52,286 bases of DNA from a virus (taxonomy: Duplodnaviria; Caudoviricetes): positions 1 through 52,286 of the IMG/VR virus record IMGVR_UViG_3300046000_009647, one strand, 5' to 3'. The first letter of the stretch is position 1. Every line of letters begins with the position of its first letter. The notes under the pieces are model-generated. The model saw nothing but the letters and a program-made list of their open reading frames with translations, was not told the origin of the DNA and ran no database searches. The translations under genes and the position numbers were made by a program. This document shows positions 23,907 through 34,333 of the stretch, in pieces.

Positions 23907-26015
23907 TTATAATCCTCCTCCTATGCGGCTATTATTAACTCTATTAGTTTCCTGTTGAGTTTGTTGTTTAGCGGCTTCAGCTGCAGCTGCATTTTCCTTA
24001 TCAGTTTTAGCACCTCCAACCCCACCATATATTTCTTCTATATACGTTCTTAATTCTATATATCTTTGTTCTACAGTACTATCAGTACTAACATTTTTAT
24101 TAAGATCATTAGCAGAATCTACTACTACAGTATCTAATCTGTTATATAAACCTTTATTTAAATGTGAAAAAGCTAAAGCATTTTCTGCTCCTTGTACTCC
24201 ATAAGGTTGAGCTTGTGCTGCTACTACAACCATAGCTGCAGTATTAGGAGAAATTTTAGAGGTATAATTAAAATTATAAACTATACTTTTTTTACCTAAA
24301 ATTGGTATTTCAGTATAATTTGGGATAAGTTGACCAGACCCTACTGTTCTTCTATCATCTAATATCCTTACACAAGATGTATCATCATCAGGGACTATTC
24401 TAAACTCATTATAACCACCTGTAGCTTTAGAAATTCCATCCAAAATATCTTTAACTAAATCAATAAAATATACATCACCTTTTGTATTACTTGTTCTCCA
24501 TTTTTTCATTAAAGATGCAACCCAATTAATGTTTACTAAAGTATACATAAATCTACCTCCAGTACCATCATTATCAAAAAATGGAAAATTAGTTTGTATT
24601 TCATCAAAAATTGTAGAAGTTATTCCAAAAGGTAATTGGTTTGAACCAATTAAGCATATTGAAGGATCTAGAGAACAATGCCCTTGAAATGTATAACATC
24701 TATTTGTATCAGGATTTACATCTATATAATTATAAGGTTTAGAATTACTGTTTTCATCTGATTTTTGTTGTAATCCTCCAGTATAGTTTATTAGTAGTAG
24801 TAAATGACCTAAAGTAATATAAACTTGTTCTAATCCAGGTTTAGTAACATCATTTTGATTTAAACCTTCCCCATTAATTTCATATCCCATAACTAATCTG
24901 TTGAAAAAAGTAGTGGGGTTTATTGCTAGAACTTTTAAATCTATAAAACCATTTAAGCCAGTATTTTTATTCATACCAGGTTCATTTATTAAACGATAAT
25001 TAAATCCCTTTTTAATTAATTCTGAGTTGGAATCAAAATTAATAATATTAATATGAGGTTTAAATATATAATCTAACCATTTTTTATAGGTATCATCATA
25101 ATCCGTTTTAGCTCCTGTAACATTATCTTGATTAACTACATTATTTTGGTAAATATAATATAAAGCATTATTTAATAATGATAAATTAGCATCTGCTACA
25201 ACCGGGTATATTGAACCTGTATTATTTGAGCCAGTAGCTGTAGATTTAAATTCTCCTGATAGATTTACTTTTAGTGATTCTAATATATCTCCTGCTCCTA
25301 CTAATTGTACTTGACATTTAAATTTTCCGTTACCGTCAAGTGTGTAAGAGAAGTTTTTAACTGTTCCCCAAGAAGCATCGTAATTTCCACTATGTTTTTT
25401 TCGGTAAGTGGTTATTTCTTCCATTAGGTCTTCTTTAGTTTTAATACCATAGAAAGGAAGGGGTTGAGGGGTAGTTTCTATTTTTCCTGTAGTGTTATCA
25501 ATATAATTTGTATGACCCCATTCAACTAAAATACCAAATCCTAATTTCATATAAAGAGCCTCCATTATATTGAGTTGCTCCATATTATGGCATACAAAAT
25601 TAAATGTAGTTTCTTTTAATGTACCTAATTTACCTCCAGTTTTAATAGAAATGTCAATTAAGCCAGGCATAGGAACTAAACCAAAATTAGTTCCTCCTAT
25701 ACCATAAGCTCCATCAGGACCTACTCCTGCACGTAAAGTATAAGTGTCTGATCCTCCTAAGTGATTTAGTACTCCTCCTTGAAGGATGTACTTTTTAGAT
25801 AATTCGTCTCCTTCTAACCCTTGATATCTTTTATTTCCAGATAATACGTTAGCACCTGAACTAATTCTAATCCAAACGTTTCTATTTGATAACCAATTTA
25901 GTTCTGAGGAAGATCTATAGTCTTGATTAAGTAAAGCTTTACGTTTTTCTATTTGGGTGGAAACATAGGGTTGAAAGGGGGAACCTGCGATATTAGTATA
26001 ATCTAAATCGGCCAT
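23907..26015 (-). CDS. Baseplate hub protein (gp27/gp44-like), N-terminal part
   Basis: Position after the LysM wedge protein; PMPG...EWGH...GNYDA..G.VKNF. Confidence 0.65.
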   Translation of the reverse strand: MADLDYTNIAGSPFQPYVSTQIEKRKALLNQDYRSSSELNWLSNRNVWIRISSGANVLSGNKRYQGLEGDELSKKYILQGGVLNHLGGSDTYTLRAGVGPDGAYGIGGTNFGLVPMPGLIDISIKTGGKLGTLKETTFNFVCHNMEQLNIMEALYMKLGFGILVEWGHTNYIDNTTGKIETTPQPLPFYGIKTKEDLMEEITTYRKKHSGNYDASWGTVKNFSYTLDGNGKFKCQVQLVGAGDILESLKVNLSGEFKSTATGSNNTGSIYPVVADANLSLLNNALYYIYQNNVVNQDNVTGAKTDYDDTYKKWLDYIFKPHINIINFDSNSELIKKGFNYRLINEPGMNKNTGLNGFIDLKVLAINPTTFFNRLVMGYEINGEGLNQNDVTKPGLEQVYITLGHLLLLINYTGGLQQKSDENSNSKPYNYIDVNPDTNRCYTFQGHCSLDPSICLIGSNQLPFGITSTIFDEIQTNFPFFDNDGTGGRFMYTLVNINWVASLMKKWRTSNTKGDVYFIDLVKDILDGISKATGGYNEFRIVPDDDTSCVRILDDRRTVGSGQLIPNYTEIPILGKKSIVYNFNYTSKISPNTAAMVVVAAQAQPYGVQGAENALAFSHLNKGLYNRLDTVVVDSANDLNKNVSTDSTVEQRYIELRTYIEEIYGGVGGAKTDKENAAAAEAAKQQTQQETNRVNNSRIGGGL

Positions 26016-26021
26016 AACTTA

Positions 26022-26342
26022 TTATATATTATTTGATTGATCAAATTTTGATAAAACTCCTGCTAAATCTTTAGGTATTCTTAAATATACTGCTGTTGGA
26101 GGATAAACTGAATCGCCTGCTAAGTTATTAACCATAGCTATAACCCACCATAAAGTAGCATCTCCATAAAAATCAAATGCTATATTGTCTAATCTATCTG
26201 TTACTCCTGTTAAAATGTAAGTATCATCAGCTTGGGCTTCAATATCAGGATAGTATGTTGGAACATACATTGTTTTACCTGAGGTTGAAGTTACTCCTGT
26301 ATCGTTTTTAGTAGTGGAGATGGATTGATATCTACTTGGCAT
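26022..26342 (-). CDS. LysM-type baseplate wedge protein (gp53-like)
   Basis: DRLDNIAFDFYGDATLWWVIA..N...LRIP. Confidence 0.88.
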   Translation of the reverse strand: MPSRYQSISTTKNDTGVTSTSGKTMYVPTYYPDIEAQADDTYILTGVTDRLDNIAFDFYGDATLWWVIAMVNNLAGDSVYPPTAVYLRIPKDLAGVLSKFDQSNNI

Positions 26343-26391
26343 GGTTTATGTTTTGATATAAATATCAAAAGATAAAAAAAATTAATTTAAA

Positions 26392-28716
26392 TTATAAACC
26401 TGCTGCTTCAGTAGCTTCAATTTTCGCGTCATTAATAACATTATTTACTAATGAAGAAGGTGAACCTGTTGATACTGATCCATTAGGAGCAGTAACATCC
26501 CAATAAAAGAAACCTTGTTGTTGAGCTCTGTTCACTTCCCAAAGAGCAGTTCCTGCAGGACCTGTAACATTACCTGAAATATAAACGGAACCTGGTATCC
26601 AAGATTCTGATGGAGCAGCTTGTGTTGTAGTTGTAGTAGATGTTGGTGCAGTATTTACATCATTAGTTGTATTAGTAACTGGAGGAGTATTTGTGTTAGT
26701 ATCAGCCCCAAAGGTAGTTGTAGATCCTGGAGTATTAGGAGTTGTTAATGTTGAGGGTGTAGTTGTAGGTTGAGTTTTACCTTGTTCATTAAATTTAAAA
26801 TCACCTCTTTGTAAATAATTATTAGCTATTTTTTCAGAAATTATAATTGGTTCTTTAAGACCTCTTTGTGGTAATTTATCCATTATAGGTTTAAAGTTCA
26901 TTTGAATTTTTAATATTTGTGGTACTTCCATTTGTAATTGGTCTCCACTAGCATTAACATCACCATTATTTTCCTTTCTTAGCTCAGGTTGTCTCATTTT
27001 AATTTCCCAAGGATAATTATCATCTACACTTATATTCATAGAAGTAATAACACCTGTAGTTCTATAAAAATATTCTCCTATAGTTAATTTATGAAGACTA
27101 CCTCTCATAAATCCTGTACCTTCTTGATAATCTGGGTGTAGAGTAGATGCTAAATAATTTACTTTTTGGTAAATTTTCTCCATTTCTTGAACAGATTGAG
27201 CAGCCACTATAAAAGTAAATCCAACATCTCTTGTGAATCCTTGGTAAGTATAGAAGTTTTCACCTCTACCCATATATTTTTGTGCATTCCAATCAGCCCC
27301 TATATTATCTGAAAAATTAGTAATGTAGGCTCTGAAGTGCATTCTATTAGTTTCGTCAGGGTAACCATTATCTATAACTTCTATACAAAATTTGATTAAA
27401 TCTCTAACTGAAGGGTCATCTTGTTCAACTGGGTCTCCTATATCTCTTCTATAAATGGGAGACATATTAATTTGATCTTGCCCATCTTTATATTCATCAT
27501 AAAAACTATTTCTTTTATCATTAGGTCTAGTCCCTGGATTACCAACTCCAATTCTAGATTCTATTTTGAATCCAGTATTATTAGGACCTTTTGTATTATA
27601 ACTAACTGAATTGGCTAAAACTGAAGCATTAGTTTGAGCTCTAAAATCTTGAGTTTTTCCAAAAGCTGCTATATCTTCATTCTTTTTAGAAGATAATAAC
27701 TTACTATAAGCCATTGTATTCCCAAAAGAATTTATATCTGCTATATCAATAGGAACATTTTCAGGTCTTATATAATCTGGAGATGATTGTTGGTATAAAT
27801 TTTTAGGGTAATTTCCAAATTCAGTTTTAGTAAAATCTAAATTACCCCTTACATTAGAAAAATCTGGTGGTGGTGGTAAATCGGAAGTTGGAGTAGTTAC
27901 AGAACTTGGAAATGTTTGAGCTCTAAATCTATAAGGAAATAAATTTCCTGTTAATCCCTCAATAGAATTGGTTTTAATATAATCTGATAGACCTAAAGTA
28001 TTTAAATATCTAGTTGAGCTATCAGGTATTTTTACAGATGAATTAGTATTTGTAGTTCTGAAAATAGTAGTATTACCATCTCCATATAATGAATCAGGTC
28101 CTCCTACATAATCAAATAGTACATTATCGTCAAATGCAGATATTCCTAATTTAGTTATAGTAGAATCAAGAGATAACCCTGTTGTATCAGTACTAATTTT
28201 TGAATTAAAAAGAGCTACTAATCTATTTTGATTAGTATCTTTATGTGATACAATATACTCGTATTTAGCTTGAGGATTATCTGCTCCTAATTCATTAGTG
28301 TTAGCACCGGCTCTTGGAATGTGAATTCCACTTCCTTGTTCGAGTACTTGTGCTAATAAATTAGCGTTTAAATTGTATGTTTGTGTGTTTAATCTAGATG
28401 CAAAACCTCCAGTTTCAATTTTAGGATTTGACTTTTGTAATTGGACTTGTTTTGTAGTAAATGTAGTACCCTTAGGAAAATCAGTTAAAAAACGGGATAT
28501 TCTTACAGTATCTTCAGTAGATGCTACGGTCCAATATTGTCCTCCTCTTAATGGCCAATCCGCGCTGTTTCTCGCTATACCAGCAAGATATTCACCCGCA
28601 GGAGAATCTTCGGGTAAGCCGGTTTGGATATAAGGTAGTCCACTAGCACCACCCCCTTGAGTGTCATTTCCAAACCTTAGTGACTTTAAATTTGTTCTAA
28701 GGTTAATTAAGCTCAT
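26392..28716 (-). CDS. Baseplate/tail-tube initiator-like protein with Thr-rich C-terminal linker
   Basis: FRAYIT.FSD...W....YMGRGE.FY.Y.GF.R...LTIGEY tube-fold segment. Confidence 0.7.
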   Translation of the reverse strand: MSLINLRTNLKSLRFGNDTQGGGASGLPYIQTGLPEDSPAGEYLAGIARNSADWPLRGGQYWTVASTEDTVRISRFLTDFPKGTTFTTKQVQLQKSNPKIETGGFASRLNTQTYNLNANLLAQVLEQGSGIHIPRAGANTNELGADNPQAKYEYIVSHKDTNQNRLVALFNSKISTDTTGLSLDSTITKLGISAFDDNVLFDYVGGPDSLYGDGNTTIFRTTNTNSSVKIPDSSTRYLNTLGLSDYIKTNSIEGLTGNLFPYRFRAQTFPSSVTTPTSDLPPPPDFSNVRGNLDFTKTEFGNYPKNLYQQSSPDYIRPENVPIDIADINSFGNTMAYSKLLSSKKNEDIAAFGKTQDFRAQTNASVLANSVSYNTKGPNNTGFKIESRIGVGNPGTRPNDKRNSFYDEYKDGQDQINMSPIYRRDIGDPVEQDDPSVRDLIKFCIEVIDNGYPDETNRMHFRAYITNFSDNIGADWNAQKYMGRGENFYTYQGFTRDVGFTFIVAAQSVQEMEKIYQKVNYLASTLHPDYQEGTGFMRGSLHKLTIGEYFYRTTGVITSMNISVDDNYPWEIKMRQPELRKENNGDVNASGDQLQMEVPQILKIQMNFKPIMDKLPQRGLKEPIIISEKIANNYLQRGDFKFNEQGKTQPTTTPSTLTTPNTPGSTTTFGADTNTNTPPVTNTTNDVNTAPTSTTTTTQAAPSESWIPGSVYISGNVTGPAGTALWEVNRAQQQGFFYWDVTAPNGSVSTGSPSSLVNNVINDAKIEATEAAGL

Positions 28717-28719
28717 TTA

Positions 28720-29007
28720 TTATACTGGTAGATTATCTATGTATCCTTGTCCTGGATTGCTTCGGTATTGAGCTGTGTTGAGTGGATCTTTTTCTTCTAA
28801 TTGAGAAGGGGCATAAGTTACTGCAGGGGCTTGTAAGCCTTCAACTCCACCTACAATAATATTACTAGATATATTTGGTTGCCCATTAACAGAAAATAAA
28901 TTATGACGAGTGAATCCTGGAAGATTTTGTTGTACAGTTGAAGGAACTGGTCCTCCGCTGTATCCGTAATTGCTTACTCCTGAGTTTAATAAATTAAGTA
29001 ATCCCAT
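28720..29007 (-). CDS. Small hypothetical virion protein
   Basis: Between TMP and baseplate genes; own ATATTTAT motif. Confidence 0.7.
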   Translation of the reverse strand: MGLLNLLNSGVSNYGYSGGPVPSTVQQNLPGFTRHNLFSVNGQPNISSNIIVGGVEGLQAPAVTYAPSQLEEKDPLNTAQYRSNPGQGYIDNLPV

Positions 29008-29047
29008 TTTATGTTATGTTTTATTGTTTATAATAAATATTAATAAA

Positions 29048-31294
29048 TTATATTTTACGTGTAGCTATTCCCATTGGTGTTTGTAATCGACTTGATACTG
29101 CTACTCCATCTAAGTTAGATTGTACTGTGACTTTAGATACAGCTTGTGCTAAATGAGTTCCTAATTTTTCATAATCAATTATAGCAGTAGGAGAAGTAGT
29201 TTGGGTTGGAGGTGCAGATTGTGTTCTTATATTAGGTGATACAGCTAATCCATCACCTACGCTAGTAATAGCAGTTGCTCCATAACTATCAGTAATAGTA
29301 AATGGACCTTTACTAGAAGGAGCAATACCATCTTGAACTCTTGATTCTCTTCCTGCTTCAGTAAATCCCAAATTAGCTCCATAATTTTGTTGAGCACTTA
29401 CTTCAGCTTTTCCTATTTGCTTTATAAAAGCAGATCCACCTTTAAAAGCATCAGATTTACCAAAAAATATTGTACCCAATAAATATTTTATACCATTTAC
29501 TATATCTTGGATAGCTGCTACTCCTACAAGAGTTGCTTGAATCATAGGATCTAAAATAGACATTATAGGTCCTAATAGTTCAAATACAGATGCAAATATA
29601 TCTATTATAGGCATTAAAGCTTGAACTACAGTAACAAATATTTCTTTTAATTTTTCAATAGAAGCATTAAATCTGTCTTGTATTGAAGCTGAAGCCATTT
29701 GTCTATCTAATTCATCTTGTCCTAATTCAGCAATAGCTTGAGCACTAAATCCTTGTTCTTTTAATAGTGCTAATTTTTTTCTATTTTCTTCAGTATCACC
29801 ACCAGTTAATTTAGATAAAGCTGCTTGTTCTAATAACATTTCTCCTAACTGGTCACGAGATAATCCCATAGCTTGGGCTACTGATTCTTGTTGCAGGACA
29901 TTCATTCCTGCAAATTTGGTTTGGTCTATACCTTGTTTTGTTAATTCTTGTGAAAGACCTGCTATATTATTAGTTAAAGCATAATATCTTGCTCTTTCTA
30001 GGTTTAATTGTTTACCTGTTAGTACTTCTGCTTCAAATTCAGCTGCAATAGAGGATTCAATATTTAATAATGAATCTTGTATTCCTTTTATTTCATTTAA
30101 TTCTAAACCTACTTTTTTAGCAGCAAAAGCAGCTTCAATTAATTTTTTAGGTTGAGCAGCAAAAGTAGCTAAAATTCCTTTGGAAGTTTTTGATATACCT
30201 TCTATTAATTGTTTTTCATTAATAGCAGTATTATTAACTAGATTTAAAGCTTTAGCTTGACCTAAAAACGAAGTTACAATGTTTTTAGAAGACTGGCCAG
30301 TAGCTAAAGATAATTTAGAAATTTGAGTAGCAGCTTCTACACTATAAAATGCTTGTTTAGTAAGTTCAGTTTGAGTTAGTAATAGTTCTTCACTTAAATT
30401 AGCATTAGTACCTAAAGCAGTATTTATTTGATTAAAAGATTCGTTTATACCTTTAGTAGTAACAAAAATATTACCACTTGCATTAGCTATGGCATTAAAT
30501 TCTGAGTTTAATTGGGTTGCTTCTTCATAGGATATACCCATAGATTTAGCAGTATCTCCAGCTAAATTATCTAATTTTAAAAAGGAATCAATCATGAGTC
30601 CAATTGCTACCTGTATAAAATTAGCTTTGGATAAAACTTCTTTAAAATTACCTCCTAAATTTTTAGTATAGGTAGCCCATATATTAGTTCTTTCCCCATT
30701 TAATTCATTTTGAATAGCTATTTTACGAGTATCTTCAAGAGCTTTATTAAAACCTAAATCAGGAAGACCTAATTTTTTTAGAGATTTATCTAAGCCCCCT
30801 AATATTTGTGGGGCTAAACCTAATTGTGTTTTTAAATTATTATCTACTTCATCTAATATTCTAACTTGATTATTTAACTCTTCTGTATAAGATTGATTTA
30901 TTAAAACTAAATCTTGGTATTGTTGGTTTAATTCATTTGCTTGAGAAATAGCTTCAGCAGTTCCTATTTTTCTTAAAGCCTCTGTACTAACTTCAATAGA
31001 ACGAAGTTTAGCAGCTCTAGCTTCTATTTGTTTTTGGATATCAGCTTGTTTTAAGGCTCCTTGATTTAGTTTTTCAAAATTATCTGCTAATTTAGAAGAT
31101 TCCCTAGCTGCAGATTTAATTGAGTTAGATATATCTTTTTGAAATGATTTTATTATAGTATCCGAAGCATTTAGAGCATTCGCAAACATGTCTTGAATAT
31201 TAGCCGCGACGGATCTGAATGTTTCTTCAGTTACCGCAGCTATATCTATTATATCTTGTCGTGTTTGATTTAAATTAGGTTGGTTTTGAGCCAT
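29048..31294 (-). CDS. Tape measure protein
   Basis: Long A/Q/L-rich helical protein, ESSIAAEFEAEVLTGKQLNLERAR, position after the chaperones. Confidence 0.85.
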   Translation of the reverse strand: MAQNQPNLNQTRQDIIDIAAVTEETFRSVAANIQDMFANALNASDTIIKSFQKDISNSIKSAARESSKLADNFEKLNQGALKQADIQKQIEARAAKLRSIEVSTEALRKIGTAEAISQANELNQQYQDLVLINQSYTEELNNQVRILDEVDNNLKTQLGLAPQILGGLDKSLKKLGLPDLGFNKALEDTRKIAIQNELNGERTNIWATYTKNLGGNFKEVLSKANFIQVAIGLMIDSFLKLDNLAGDTAKSMGISYEEATQLNSEFNAIANASGNIFVTTKGINESFNQINTALGTNANLSEELLLTQTELTKQAFYSVEAATQISKLSLATGQSSKNIVTSFLGQAKALNLVNNTAINEKQLIEGISKTSKGILATFAAQPKKLIEAAFAAKKVGLELNEIKGIQDSLLNIESSIAAEFEAEVLTGKQLNLERARYYALTNNIAGLSQELTKQGIDQTKFAGMNVLQQESVAQAMGLSRDQLGEMLLEQAALSKLTGGDTEENRKKLALLKEQGFSAQAIAELGQDELDRQMASASIQDRFNASIEKLKEIFVTVVQALMPIIDIFASVFELLGPIMSILDPMIQATLVGVAAIQDIVNGIKYLLGTIFFGKSDAFKGGSAFIKQIGKAEVSAQQNYGANLGFTEAGRESRVQDGIAPSSKGPFTITDSYGATAITSVGDGLAVSPNIRTQSAPPTQTTSPTAIIDYEKLGTHLAQAVSKVTVQSNLDGVAVSSRLQTPMGIATRKI

Positions 31295-31330
31295 AATAAT
31301 CTTAATATATAATATAAATATAAAACTTAT

Positions 31331-31954
31331 TTATTCTTTTATAAATTTATCTCCTTTACTTCTATTATCTTCTTTCCAAAGGGGTTGTAAATTAGTGTAG
31401 TGATTTAATTTATAAACATCTTTTTCGTTTTTAGCAGAAGCTAAAGGTATTATATGATCAATTTCCCACTTTCCATGATTTTCTAAAGTCATACCTTCTG
31501 TAAATTTAGATTGTAAATGATGGATGAATTCTTCTAAGGTACAACCTAATATTTCTTCAGAATGTTTAGATTTAATCCAACCTTTTTTATGTTGTCTTAA
31601 AAATGAATCTTTAATTAAATTTCTAATACTACCTTTGAGCTTAAATATTGGATCAGTATTTCTTCTGATTTTATGATACTCATTAATTAAGGGTTGTTTT
31701 TCTTTATGTTTTGCAAGTATTAAATTTTTATTCTTATTATAATAACCCTTCCAATATTTTTCATAATAATTAGGGTTATTAACTCTAAATATAGCATCAG
31801 TAATTTTTTGTTTTTGGGATAAAGTTTTCCAATTTTCTTTTTTATATAATTTAGTACATTCTTTACATTTTACATCTTTACCATCTTTAGTTTTAGGATG
31901 GTTGTAAAAACTATCTAAAGATTTTTCAATTTTACATTTATTACACTTTTTCAT
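31331..31954 (-). CDS. HNH endonuclease with N-terminal zinc finger (paralog 2)
   Basis: WEIDHIIPLAS...HYTNLQPLWKEDN; N- and C-termini close to paralog 1. Confidence 0.88.
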   Translation of the reverse strand: MKKCNKCKIEKSLDSFYNHPKTKDGKDVKCKECTKLYKKENWKTLSQKQKITDAIFRVNNPNYYEKYWKGYYNKNKNLILAKHKEKQPLINEYHKIRRNTDPIFKLKGSIRNLIKDSFLRQHKKGWIKSKHSEEILGCTLEEFIHHLQSKFTEGMTLENHGKWEIDHIIPLASAKNEKDVYKLNHYTNLQPLWKEDNRSKGDKFIKE

Positions 31955-31962
31955 TTTTGATA

Positions 31963-32058
31963 AAGAAACCTATGGTTTTCAGGGTCGCGGTCCTTACTTA
32001 CCATAGGTTCTAAATTAATATTTTATATTTGCACCGCGACAATGCGGATATAAATATT
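31963..32058 (-). ncRNA. Structured leader RNA (kissing loop plus loop E), copy 2
   Basis: Same as 15584-15679 but stem is AACCTATGGT/ACCATAGGTT (compensatory changes). Confidence 0.75.
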
Positions 32059-32066
32059 TAAATTTA

Positions 32067-32345
32067 TTAAGATTTATTACTTACTGTTGTATTATATGTA
32101 CTGGAAGCTGGAATATTAGGTCTAGCTACCTCTGTGGCATTTTTATTAGTTAACTGATTATTTTGTTTTTCTATTTGTTCTTGTTCTTTATCATACCATT
32201 CTTTTAATTTTTGAAAAGTAAAATTTCGGAGCCAAATAGGCATTTCATAAACAGTATCCCAAGTGTATCCTCCCTTACCATGAAATACTATTTCATTCAT
32301 TTGGGAAAATAAATTTATTCTATAGGTTGATGTCAGGCCAAAAAA
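32067..32345 (-). CDS. Tail assembly chaperone downstream segment (gp51/GT-like), likely reached by frameshift
   Basis: Frame open from the T7 run (FFGLTSTYRINLFSQMNEIVFHG...MPIWLR); ORF track starts it at 32300. Confidence 0.7.
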   Translation of the reverse strand, partial: FFGLTSTYRINLFSQMNEIVFHGKGGYTWDTVYEMPIWLRNFTFQKLKEWYDKEQEQIEKQNNQLTNKNATEVARPNIPASSTYNTTVSNKS

Positions 32346-33063
32346 AGTTTAAAGAAATAGGTACTGTGATGTCCTCCCCGCCATCACCTTGAATTGTTAA
32401 ATCTACATCAGGAGAAATTCGTTTAATTTCTTGACGCAATGATCTTGAATCTCTAGCTAATAATTCATTATCAACAAATTCTCTAACTACTTTTCGGTCT
32501 GTGTTTCCACCAACTGAAGTAATCATGTATTTTAAACGAGTAGATAATTCAGGTGCACCACCATTTGGATATAGTTTTTTAAGCCCTTTTAATTCCTGTT
32601 CTATCGCGGATTCATCACCATGTGTTAATAGTTTAAATCCAACTTCTATACCTGAGGAGGGTAATGTATAGTAGAAGTTATTTCCTTTAGTGTAATCTAC
32701 ATCTTCAGGTAATTCTTTGTCTTTTAATGTAGTTAAATCTACATTATAATGTACTCCACCTGAATCAAATTCATAATCTTGACCATACCCTAAAATACGA
32801 GAAGCAATTAGGATAGCATTTTTATCACCAATTACCATATCTTTTAGATCTACTTTAGAAACAATTAATGATTCTAATAGTTTGTCTAAAACAGTACCTT
32901 GTTGAATGTAGTTTTGGTTAGTTAAGATATCTTCCTCTTTTGCTCGCATATATCTCATTTCTATTTTTCCACTAGATAAAGGGTTTTCTTTAGAGTAAAG
33001 TAAACCTTTTGAAGGTAATTCTACAGTTTCGGTAGGATACGTAACTTTGTTTTGTGATTCCAT
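32320..33063 (-). CDS. Baseplate hub assembly/tail assembly chaperone (T4 gp26-like)
   Basis: LPSKG..Y, M.AKEEDIL, GD.NAIL..R..GYG, terminal FFWP. Confidence 0.85.
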   Translation of the reverse strand: MESQNKVTYPTETVELPSKGLLYSKENPLSSGKIEMRYMRAKEEDILTNQNYIQQGTVLDKLLESLIVSKVDLKDMVIGDKNAILIASRILGYGQDYEFDSGGVHYNVDLTTLKDKELPEDVDYTKGNNFYYTLPSSGIEVGFKLLTHGDESAIEQELKGLKKLYPNGGAPELSTRLKYMITSVGGNTDRKVVREFVDNELLARDSRSLRQEIKRISPDVDLTIQGDGGEDITVPISLNFFWPDINL

Positions 33064-33072
33064 ATTTTTAAT

Positions 33073-33717
33073 TTATTTGTTTGATTTATTTCTATTTCCT
33101 ATTTGGTCATTATAACCAAAAGATTCAGCTATTTTTGTTGTTTTAAATAATGGTTGTAAATTGGTATAATTAAAACATTCTTTTTGTTGTTTTTCTTCAG
33201 TTAAATTAAATTTAGAACAAGGTATTATATGATCTATTTCCCATATTTCTCCATGATTATCCCACGTCATTTCGGGTTTAAATAAAGATTCTAAATAATG
33301 TTTTAATTCATTAACTGAGCAGTCTAATAAATCTATGATAGATTGGATTTTGAATTGATTGGTAATAGCATTATAAAACCTACTTCTAAGATTATCTTTT
33401 ATTCTATATTCAATATCACTATTATATTTTTTACTTTTCCATTCTTTTTGATAATTGGGATTATTTTTCCACCATTTATCTATAGATTGTTTTTTCTTTT
33501 CAAAGTTATTTATATTATATTGTTTATTATAACTAGATATATATTCTTTATTATTATTTAACCATTCTTTATGTCTATTTTGTATTCTATCTTTATTTTG
33601 TTCTTTATACAATTTATGACAGGGTTTACAAATATAATGATACCCATCCTTTTGTCTTTTATTTTTAACAAAATTATTTAATGGTTTTTCCAAACTACAT
33701 TTAGTACATGTCTTCAT
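33073..33717 (-). CDS. HNH endonuclease with N-terminal zinc finger (paralog 3)
   Basis: MTWDNHG.IWEIDHIIPCS.F...NYTNLQPL. Confidence 0.88.
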   Translation of the reverse strand: MKTCTKCSLEKPLNNFVKNKRQKDGYHYICKPCHKLYKEQNKDRIQNRHKEWLNNNKEYISSYNKQYNINNFEKKKQSIDKWWKNNPNYQKEWKSKKYNSDIEYRIKDNLRSRFYNAITNQFKIQSIIDLLDCSVNELKHYLESLFKPEMTWDNHGEIWEIDHIIPCSKFNLTEEKQQKECFNYTNLQPLFKTTKIAESFGYNDQIGNRNKSNK

Positions 33718-33756
33718 CTTGTATTACGAGGATATCAGCCATAAATATAGCAAAAT

Positions 33757-33788
33757 AAAAAAAGCTCACAAATAAATGTGAGCTCTTT
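33757..33788 (-). terminator. Intrinsic terminator after tail tube
   Basis: AGCTCACA-TTTATT-TGTGAGCT plus T run. Confidence 0.8.
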
Positions 33789-33807
33789 CCTATTATTTTT
33801 AAATTTC

Positions 33808-34296
33808 CTAAAAATTCAAAATGCAATAATCCATAGCTATTGTCATTGAGATTTCAGCTGCAGCTTCACCTTGTGACCAATCATAGTCTCCAAATGTTGC
33901 TGATTTGATAAATGCACCTTTAATAATCCATTCACCTACTACATCACCTACAGGACCTAAAATATTCATTGTTAAGTCTTTTTTATAGAAATCTGAATAT
34001 CCATCTCTACCTGTTACTGATTCGTGAGATAAACGCATCCATTCCATTACTGCTTGTGAACCAGCAGGAGCGATTGGATCGTATAGGGCTAAAGTCATAT
34101 CGTTCCATTTTACTTTACCTTTAATTTTACGGTAAACATTGATATGATCTAGTGTGATTTCACCTGCATCGAATCCTGGAGCTGAAGCTTTCTTAATTAA
34201 GTAAGCTGGGATTCCATCTACATATAGTATGAATCTATTTGATACCTTAGGTTCGAATGCGGTAAACATTATCTCATTAGGATTTAGTACTGCCAT
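33808..34296 (-). CDS. Tail tube protein (T4 gp19-like)
   Basis: FEPK..NRF, W.D.TL.LYD, YKKD, W.IKGAF; follows the sheath. Confidence 0.92.
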   Translation of the reverse strand: MAVLNPNEIMFTAFEPKVSNRFILYVDGIPAYLIKKASAPGFDAGEITLDHINVYRKIKGKVKWNDMTLALYDPIAPAGSQAVMEWMRLSHESVTGRDGYSDFYKKDLTMNILGPVGDVVGEWIIKGAFIKSATFGDYDWSQGEAAAEISMTIAMDYCILNF

Positions 34297-34333
34297 GTTA
34301 TATTTTGTGTTATTTTATTATTATTTGTTTATA

